In this document: in pieces, positions 1 to 5,382 of the stretch | Numbering within the stretch: position 1 is the first letter of the stretch | Layout: each line of letters begins with the position of its first letter | NCBI GenBank assembly: GCA_964605685.1 | Contig: CAZSDX010000010.1 | Span: forward strand, 20,103-31,421 | Length of the DNA stretch: 11,319 bases | Reading direction: 5' to 3' | From: an uncultured Polyangiaceae bacterium | Lineage (GTDB): Bacteria > Myxococcota_A > Polyangia > Polyangiales > Polyangiaceae | Position numbers and translations under genes: made by a program | Notes under the pieces: generated by a model | The model's database searches: none | What the model was told of the DNA's origin: nothing | Seen by the model: only the letters and a program-made list of their open reading frames with translations

Positions 1-90
1 CTGCCCGGAGGCCGGGGGGTGAGGTTTCTCCTGCCCGGAGGCCGGGGGGTGAGGTTTCTCCTGCCCGGAGGCCGGGGGGTGAGGTCTCCC
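1..90. repeat. 3 x 30-bp perfect tandem direct repeat (ctgcccggaggccggggggtgaggtttctc), in frame inside the MTase ORF
   Basis: Read directly from the sequence. On the minus strand each unit encodes GETSPPGLRA. Copy 3 differs from copies 1 and 2 at two nucleotides (ttc to ctc, and tcc to ccc), and both changes are synonymous in the minus frame (GAA/GAG Glu, GGA/GGG Gly). The array abuts the window edge, so more copies may exist beyond it. Confidence 0.9.
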
Positions 91-1876
91 CCAACCGCTC
101 CAGAATCGGTCTGAGCGTTTTCTGGACGATGGGCCGCGTGAGCTCCGGCGGCGTGTAGTGGGAGCCGGAGCGGCGGCGCTCCTCGGTGGGCTGGAGGAAG
201 AGGCTGCCGGGGTGGAGGACGTGGGGGGTGCGAGGGGAGAGGCGGCGGTCGAGGGCGGTGAGCAGCTCGGGGACCGTGCGGGCCTTCTTGAGGGCCTCCG
301 CGGGCTTCCCGGAGAGCTCGCAGCGAGCCTTGTCCTTGAGCCATTTGGCGCGCTCGGCGGGCTTCGCGGCGAGGAGCTGGTCGAGATCGATGACGACGTG
401 CTGGGGGGTGACGGCGATGGCCGAGCCCGCGGCGCGCTCGACGGTGAAGCCCATCATGTTCTCGTAGACGGAGCCCAGGTGCTCGACGTCGAGGGTGCGG
501 TAGGAGATGCGCTCGCCGTCGAGGAACATCAGGTTGTCCAGCACCCGCAGCACCACGCCGTCGGAGAGCCGCGGGACGGAGGAGAGGCGCCGGTAGAAGC
601 CCTCGTCCTGCTGCGTGGCCTCACGGACGCGCCCCTCCAGGAAGGTGTACCGCTCGGGGTCGAAGAGGTCGCCGTAGCGGGGGGGCATGTGGAGGGAGAC
701 CTCACCCCCCGGCCCCCTCCCCATCGATGGGGAGGAGAGGCGCTGTTCTGCCTCCCCCCTCCCCATCGATGGGGAGGGGGGCTGGGGGGGTGAGGTTGAC
801 CCATCGACCCCGTGGTGGACCATGCGGAAGAGCGTGAGCAGCCAGGACCAGGCGCCGAAGCGCTGGCCCATGGTGTCGGGGTGAAGCCCCCGATCCGCCC
901 GGAGCCGCTCGTGGAGCGTGGTGAGGGCGTAAGAGCTGCCGTAGAGAGGCCCCTGGGCCGCGACCTCGCGCTCCTCGGCGTAGAGCAGGAAGACCAGGCG
1001 AAGCAGGACCGTGAGGAGGCCGCCATAGATGTCCTCCGGGAGCACCCCGCGGAGGAGCTTGCCCTGGGAAGCCTCGTCCGCCGCGTTGAAGCCCCGGAGC
1101 AGCTCGTAGAGGGCGAGGAGGGCCTGCTCGGAGAGCTGCTCGGAGACCTCGTTCTGGAACTTGCGGGAGGATTCGAGGAGGGGGAGGAGGCGAGAGCGCG
1201 GATCGCCCTGGAAGAGGCGGGCTGGGTCCAGGAGCATGCGCAGGGCAGCGAGGATGGGGCGGCCCGCGGTTTCCAGCATGGGCTGGAGGGGGAAGGTGAG
1301 GTGACCGGAGGCCTCGCCGCGTGGGGCGTAGACCAGGCGCAGGTGGGTTCCGTTGGAGAGGAGGCCGACGGGGATCTGGCGCTCCCGCAGCAGGCGCTCG
1401 AAGCGGATTTGGGGGCTGGTTTTCCAGGCGCGCTCGTGGAGGCCCGGGTGAGGGCGATCGAGGGCGGTGCCGGGGAAGAGGGTCTGGACCAGGAGGAGCC
1501 AGGAACCGGGCTGGTCCGGGTCGGGGACCGCGAAGGTGGGGGTGAGGCGATCCTCGAATTCGGGGAGAACGACGGTCAGCTCGTCGGGGAGGGGAGGGCC
1601 GCCCGGGGCGCCGGCCAGGTCGCCTGGTTCCCAGCCGAGGATTTCCCGGGTGAAGGCCGGGAAGTCGGGGATATGGACGCTGTCGGGGAGATCGCCGTGG
1701 CGATCAGGCTTGAAGGTACGCTCCAGGAAGGCGCGGAGGGCGCGCTGGAGGGGCGCGGCGTTCTCGTCGAGGATGACCTGCGCCGCGAGGAGGGCGGCAG
1801 GGGAGACGACCATGCCGACGGGCTGGACGAAGCCGAGCCATGCTTTGTGCGCTTCGAGGGCGAGATCGCGAGCCAT
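1..1876 (-). CDS. N6-adenine DNA methyltransferase, gamma-class (HsdM/PglX/Eco57I/DrmMI-like); first 625 codons only, 3' end beyond window start
   Basis: ATG is the complement of 1874-1876, sharing one nt with the helicase TGA (1876-1878). I translated the minus strand by hand from that ATG and found no stop down to position 1. The translation reads MARDLALEAHKAWLGFVQPV...RLVFLLYAEEREVAAQGPLY...EHLGSVYENMMGF...SGSHYTPPELTRPIVQ. The LGxxYE and xYTPxxV elements are the helical/motif X signature that precedes the AdoMet-binding motif I in gamma-class amino-MTases; motifs I and IV (DPACGSG, NPPY/F) would lie beyond the window, and motif X plus context alone cannot exclude another AdoMet-dependent function. 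The plus-strand ORFs 158..793 and 812..1903 occupy the same codon phase and have E/G/A/R-rich antisense-type composition, so they are shadows of this gene. Confidence 0.7.
   Translation of the reverse strand, partial: MARDLALEAHKAWLGFVQPVGMVVSPAALLAAQVILDENAAPLQRALRAFLERTFKPDRHGDLPDSVHIPDFPAFTREILGWEPGDLAGAPGGPPLPDELTVVLPEFEDRLTPTFAVPDPDQPGSWLLLVQTLFPGTALDRPHPGLHERAWKTSPQIRFERLLRERQIPVGLLSNGTHLRLVYAPRGEASGHLTFPLQPMLETAGRPILAALRMLLDPARLFQGDPRSRLLPLLESSRKFQNEVSEQLSEQALLALYELLRGFNAADEASQGKLLRGVLPEDIYGGLLTVLLRLVFLLYAEEREVAAQGPLYGSSYALTTLHERLRADRGLHPDTMGQRFGAWSWLLTLFRMVHHGVDGSTSPPQPPSPSMGRGEAEQRLSSPSMGRGPGGEVSLHMPPRYGDLFDPERYTFLEGRVREATQQDEGFYRRLSSVPRLSDGVVLRVLDNLMFLDGERISYRTLDVEHLGSVYENMMGFTVERAAGSAIAVTPQHVVIDLDQLLAAKPAERAKWLKDKARCELSGKPAEALKKARTVPELLTALDRRLSPRTPHVLHPGSLFLQPTEERRRSGSHYTPPELTRPIVQKTLRPILERLGETSPPGLRAGETSPPGLRAGETSPPGLRA
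699..796. repeat. 98-bp MITE-like GC-rich element bounded by 12-bp perfect terminal inverted repeats (ACCTCACCCCCC at 699-710, GGGGGGTGAGGT at 785-796) with two internal perfect palindromes (716-735, 20 bp; 754-781, 28 bp) centred on ATCGAT; lies in frame inside the MTase ORF
   Basis: Seen in the sequence. Palindrome 1 is cctccccatcgatggggagg; palindrome 2 is cccccctccccatcgatggggagggggg. The TIR motif GGGGGGTGAGGT also occurs once per unit in the 30-bp tandem repeat at 1-90. The minus frame stays open across the element and encodes low-complexity GSTSPPQPPSPSMGRGEAEQRLSSPSMGRGPGGEVSLHMPP. Confidence 0.75.
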
Positions 1877-1878
1877 CA
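1874..1878 (-). other. TGATG stop/start overlap between the helicase and MTase genes (translational coupling, same operon)
   Basis: Minus-strand bases at 1878..1874 read T-G-A-T-G. Confidence 0.8.
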
Positions 1879-4800
1879 GGTGAGGGATTCCGGCCAGAGG
1901 TAGACGACGCCAAAGGGTTCGACCCGGGAGGCCCGGGTCTCGTAAGCGGCGGTGATGCGCCTGGGTTCGGACGCGAGCTCGCCGTCCTCGCCGTCGATCT
2001 CGCGAGCGCGGCGCTGCCAGTGATCTTGATCGGCCTTGAGCTGGCGTTTTTCCTCGTCGGAGAACTGGAGCGAGAGCTGCTGCCTGGAGCTGCTGTCGAT
2101 CATGTCCTGGATGCGCTTGCGTTGCGCGAGGAGCAGCCTGCGCATGGCCTCGGATTCCTTTTTCCCGCGGTGCAGGAGGGCGCGCTCGGCCTGCTTTCGC
2201 GCGGCCTCCGCCTGCTTGTGGAGCGCCGGGAGGAGCTGCTCGACGTCGGTGGCGACGGCGGAGGCGAGCAGGCGAGCGACGTCCGAGCCAGGGGTACGGG
2301 CGCCCTCGCGGAGGCCCTCCTCGACGAGGCGCAGCGAGGCGTCCGGGGAGAGGTCGGTGGCGGGTTGAAGGGGTTTTTTGCGCAGGTCGAGGGGCTCCCA
2401 GGGGGCCAGGACCGCGAGGATCTGATCGTGGAGGCGGGCGGCGCGATCTCCGAAGAGAGAGAGGCGGCCCAGGAGGACGACGCGGCGCTGCGGCTCGCGG
2501 GAGACCACGAGGACGGCGCGGGCGAGGTCGTGGTAGACAAAGCCCTGGGCGAGGAAGCGGCCGAGCAAGCGCTGGACGAAGCGGTGCTCCAGGTGCAGGT
2601 GGACGGTGCTGTTGTCGAGGTCGCGGGGGGGATGGAAGGAGACGGAGCGGACCGGGAAGCGAGCGCGCCACTCGGCGAGGGAGACGCCGCGGGGCCGCGG
2701 AGGGCGGAGGGTGTCGAGGGTCTCGACCCAGGAGGCGTCGCCAGCGAGGTGGGCGGCGACGGCGCGGAGATCCCAGCAAACGCGGCCGTCGGGCGAGGTG
2801 GACTCGGCAGGCGCCGGGGCCCCGGCGAGGCGGAGGGAAGCCCGGAGCGCGGCCTGGAGCGCCCCTTCATCGAGGTGCAAGTAGTCCCTGGATCGGGCGA
2901 GGATCTTCTCCAGCGCTTGCAGGTCTTCGTTGATCTGCTCGGCCCGACGTCGATCCAGCTCCTCGTCCCATTTCTCCTGGATCCTGGCGTTGTGCTCGGC
3001 CTGGTCGAGGCGGTGGGCGAGCTGGTCCCGCTCCCGGTGTCGGATGCCTCCATCGAGGAGGGAGGCCAGGCGAGCCTCGATGACCTTGCCCTGGCTGCCG
3101 AGTTCTTCCTGGATGGTGAGGGAGCGGCGGACCAGGACCTTGAGGACGTGGTCCTCGGGGCGCTGGAGGAAGACGAAGTAGTAACAGTGGACGACGGGAG
3201 CGCGCTGGAGCTTGCGGTCGATACGGCCGTTGCGCTGCTCCATGCGGGAGGGGTTCCAGGGGATGTCGAAGTGAAAGAGGTCGGCGCAGTGGTTCTGGAA
3301 GTTGACGCCCTCGCGGGCCGCGTCGGTGGCGATGAGGATGCGGAGCGGCGCGGAGCGAGGATCCTGGTTGAAGGCGTGCTTGATCTCCTCGCGGGTGTCC
3401 TCGTCGAGGCCGCCGTGGAAGGTGCGGATGCGGTCCTCGACGTCGCCCAGGCCAGCGAAGGCCTCGGAGAGCTTGCGGAGCAGGTAATCCTTGGTGGTCG
3501 CGTACTCGGTGAAGAGGAGGACGCGGCGGTGACCCCAGCGCTTCCCTTCGTCGAGGAGGTGCTCCCGGATCCAGCGGAGGAGGAACTGGACCCGCGGGTC
3601 CGGGAGGTGGCGTGCGTGCTCGGCGACGCGGGCCATCTCGTCGAGGAGCTGGAGCTCCTCCGGGGGGATGGCGCCGACCTCGGCCATGCGGGTTGCTACC
3701 TCGATCTGGGACTCCTCCTCGCGGCGTAGCTGGTCCTCGGAGAGCTGCCCCTCGTCGTCGTCCGCGTCGGGGGCATCGACCAGGAGGCGGAGGCGCTCGG
3801 GGGCGATGGCCAGCTCCCGGTTGGCCTTCTTGATGCGGGAGTTCTTGTGGATCGCGAGGGTCGAGGCGAAGGCGTCGATGCTGGAGAGCAGGCGCTTCTG
3901 GAGGCCGATGACGGTGAGGACCGCCGCGGCCTGGGCCTTCTTGGTGGCGGCTGCGGTATTTTTTTCGCGGAGCTCCCGGTACCGATCCAGGAGCCGGGAG
4001 AGGACCAGCTCGGGGGCGTCGTCCGGGAGGTGATCGATGTCGATCTGGTGAGGCTTGCGCTCGGGGAAGCCGCCCGCGACGCGGGCGATGTCCCGCTTGA
4101 GCCTGCGGACGATGACCTCTTCGAGGGCCTCCTTGTCCTTCTTGCTCTTGACCGGGACGCCGCGGGTAAACCGCTGGGGGTCGAGGATCTCGAGGAGCGC
4201 GGCGAAGCTGTTGGAGTGCCCGTTGTGCGGGGTGGCCGAGAGGAAGAGGCGATGCTCGAAGCGGGGGGCGAGGTCGCGAACGATGCGGGTGAAGCGGGAG
4301 TCGATGGCGTAGCTTCCGCCGCTGGAGGGGGCGGCGTTGTGGGCCTCGTCGAGGATGAGGAGGGTGCCGTGGGGATCCTCGTCGAGCCAGGAGCGGAGGG
4401 GTCCGGCGTACTCCTCGTCGCGAAGGCGTGCGTGGGAGATGATGAAGCGGTTGTGGGTGGTCCAGGGGTTGACGTTGTACCCACGCTCCTTGCGCCGCTC
4501 GATGATGAAGGCGCGGTCGTGGACGACGAAGGAGAGCCCGAAACGTTCGTCGAGCTCGTCGCGCCACTGAAGCTCGACGGAGGGAGGGCAGGCGACGACG
4601 ATCCGGCGTACCTTCTGGCGCTGGATCATCTCGCGGAGGATGAGGCCCGCCTCGATGGTCTTGCCGAGGCCCACGTCGTCGGCGATGAACAGGTTGACGC
4701 GGGGGAGCTGGAGGGCGCGGCGCAGCGGCTCGAGCTGGTAGGTAGTGACCTGGATACCGGCGCGGTAAGGGGCCTGAAAGAGCTCGGCGTCGGTGGAGGT

Positions 4801-5091
4801 GACGCAGTTCCAGCGGCGAGCGTGGAGGTAGGCAGCGAAGACAGAGGGCTCATCGAAGCCGCGGCGCGCGACCTCTTTCCAGGAAGAACCCCGGAGGACT
4901 TCTGCATCGACCTCGACCTCCCAGAGCACATCCAGGGGAGCGCCCTGGGCGTCGTCATCGAGGCAAGAAAGAGACACCTGGGTCCAGGGATGCGGAGCCC
5001 CGCCCAGCACCCTCTCGACGAGGTAATTTCGAGCTCGAACCCGGACGATGTCCCCTTTTTTGAGGCCGTCGTTTTCCGTGGGAGTATCCAT
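1876..5091 (-). CDS. SNF2-family (DEAH-box, SF2) helicase/ATPase with long C-terminal extension; candidate DISARM class 1 DrmD-like
   Basis: Listed ORF 1876..5247. SF2/SNF2 motifs appear in order: I DDVGLGKT, II LLILDEAH, III FLSATPHNG, IV LLFTEYATT, V ILIATDAAREGVNF, VI QRNGRIDRKLQ. I prefer the internal ATG at 5089-5091 (MDTPTENDGLKKGDIVRVRARNYLVE...) as the start, because the 52 upstream codons from the GTG at 5247 are P/S/G/A-rich and not protein-like. The start is still uncertain between 5091 and 5247. The stop TGA overlaps the MTase ATG. Confidence 0.85.
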   Translation of the reverse strand: MDTPTENDGLKKGDIVRVRARNYLVERVLGGAPHPWTQVSLSCLDDDAQGAPLDVLWEVEVDAEVLRGSSWKEVARRGFDEPSVFAAYLHARRWNCVTSTDAELFQAPYRAGIQVTTYQLEPLRRALQLPRVNLFIADDVGLGKTIEAGLILREMIQRQKVRRIVVACPPSVELQWRDELDERFGLSFVVHDRAFIIERRKERGYNVNPWTTHNRFIISHARLRDEEYAGPLRSWLDEDPHGTLLILDEAHNAAPSSGGSYAIDSRFTRIVRDLAPRFEHRLFLSATPHNGHSNSFAALLEILDPQRFTRGVPVKSKKDKEALEEVIVRRLKRDIARVAGGFPERKPHQIDIDHLPDDAPELVLSRLLDRYRELREKNTAAATKKAQAAAVLTVIGLQKRLLSSIDAFASTLAIHKNSRIKKANRELAIAPERLRLLVDAPDADDDEGQLSEDQLRREEESQIEVATRMAEVGAIPPEELQLLDEMARVAEHARHLPDPRVQFLLRWIREHLLDEGKRWGHRRVLLFTEYATTKDYLLRKLSEAFAGLGDVEDRIRTFHGGLDEDTREEIKHAFNQDPRSAPLRILIATDAAREGVNFQNHCADLFHFDIPWNPSRMEQRNGRIDRKLQRAPVVHCYYFVFLQRPEDHVLKVLVRRSLTIQEELGSQGKVIEARLASLLDGGIRHRERDQLAHRLDQAEHNARIQEKWDEELDRRRAEQINEDLQALEKILARSRDYLHLDEGALQAALRASLRLAGAPAPAESTSPDGRVCWDLRAVAAHLAGDASWVETLDTLRPPRPRGVSLAEWRARFPVRSVSFHPPRDLDNSTVHLHLEHRFVQRLLGRFLAQGFVYHDLARAVLVVSREPQRRVVLLGRLSLFGDRAARLHDQILAVLAPWEPLDLRKKPLQPATDLSPDASLRLVEEGLREGARTPGSDVARLLASAVATDVEQLLPALHKQAEAARKQAERALLHRGKKESEAMRRLLLAQRKRIQDMIDSSSRQQLSLQFSDEEKRQLKADQDHWQRRAREIDGEDGELASEPRRITAAYETRASRVEPFGVVYLWPESLT

Positions 5092-5108
5092 CCGTTGTAC
5101 GAAGGTGA

Positions 5109-5129
5109 GGGAGGGATTGGGAGGGAGGG
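5109..5129 (+). other. Canonical G-quadruplex motif G3-A-G3-ATT-G3-A-G3-A-G3 (five G3 tracts, loops of 1-3 nt) 18-38 nt upstream of the helicase start; the mRNA 5' leader carries the C-rich complement
   Basis: gggagggattgggagggaggg read directly from the sequence. Confidence 0.5.
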
Positions 5130-5231
5130 CCTCGATGTCACGACATGAGACAAGGGCGAAGGATCCTCCGAGAGCGAGCCCGACGCAAGGAGATCCAACC
5201 TGTGCGGAGGGGCCTTGCGCCCAGGTTCGAC

Positions 5232-5276
5232 GGGGGAGAGACCTCACGCTCCCCCCTCGATGGCTGGGGAGGGGGA
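5232..5276. repeat. Degenerate third copy of the same palindromic element family (gggggagagACCTCACgctCCCCCC-TCGATGGctgGGGAGGGGG) in the helicase/vault-protein intergenic region
   Basis: It shares the GAGACCTCAC plus C-tract arm and the CCCC..TCGATGG..GGGGAGGGGG hairpin core with the element at 699-796. gggggag (5232-5238) and ctccccc (5249-5255) form a 7-bp stem. Confidence 0.55.
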
Positions 5277-5365
5277 CGAGCGTGTTGGGCGCCGCAGCGA
5301 CACGGGGGACGTCAGGGAGCGCGCGGGGCGGCGGTCGGTGCTAGCGTTCCGGCCTCGGACCACCC

Positions 5366-5373
5366 AAGGAGGG
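5366..5373 (+). promoter_or_regulatory. Shine-Dalgarno AAGGAGGG, with 9-nt spacer (5374-5382), upstream of the vault protein ATG at 5383
   Basis: aaggaggg ccaccgtcg ATG, read from the sequence. Confidence 0.7.
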
Positions 5374-5382
5374 CCACCGTCG

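Larger units (their letters stand above)
5092..5382. promoter_or_regulatory. Divergent intergenic/promoter region between the SNF2 helicase (minus) and the major vault protein gene (plus)
   Basis: A 291-bp non-coding gap lies between divergently oriented starts. It contains a G-quadruplex-type motif and the degenerate palindromic element. I could not identify clear -35/-10 or sigma-54 boxes. Confidence 0.5.

Noticed and set aside
1-90. Possible CRISPR array at the window start
   Set aside because: The three 30-bp units abut directly with no spacers, lie inside an open reading frame and encode a peptide repeat. This is a tandem repeat, not a CRISPR array.
158-1903. Long plus-strand ORFs 158..793 and 812..1903
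   Set aside because: They occupy the same codon phase as the minus-strand MTase gene and their composition is E/G/A/R/L/V-rich low complexity. They are antisense shadows, which is typical in about 70% GC DNA. The minus-strand translation is protein-like, carries MTase motifs, and shows synonymous-only repeat variation.
1840-5148. Plus ORFs 1840..3729 and 3847..5148, minus ORFs 2867..4567, 2100..3053 and 3696..4484
   Set aside because: They overlap the SNF2 helicase gene in other frames. Their sequences are Pro/Ser/Arg/Gly-rich or E/G/A-rich, which marks out-of-frame GC-rich artefacts. The helicase frame carries the complete ordered motif set I-VI.
5092-5247. Helicase start at the GTG at 5247 (as in the ORF track)
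   Set aside because: The extra 52 codons (MRSLPRRTWAQGPSAQVGSPCVGLALGG...) are low complexity and resemble an antisense read. The ATG at 5091 begins a conserved-looking domain (MDTPTENDGLKKGDIVRVRAR...). This is kept as an uncertainty in the feature and is not firmly excluded.
5215-5382. MVP start at 5215 (as in the ORF track)
   Set aside because: The upstream 56 codons are Arg/Gly-rich and have no SD. The ATG at 5383 has the canonical AAGGAGG SD at -10 and aligns with the MVP N-terminus.
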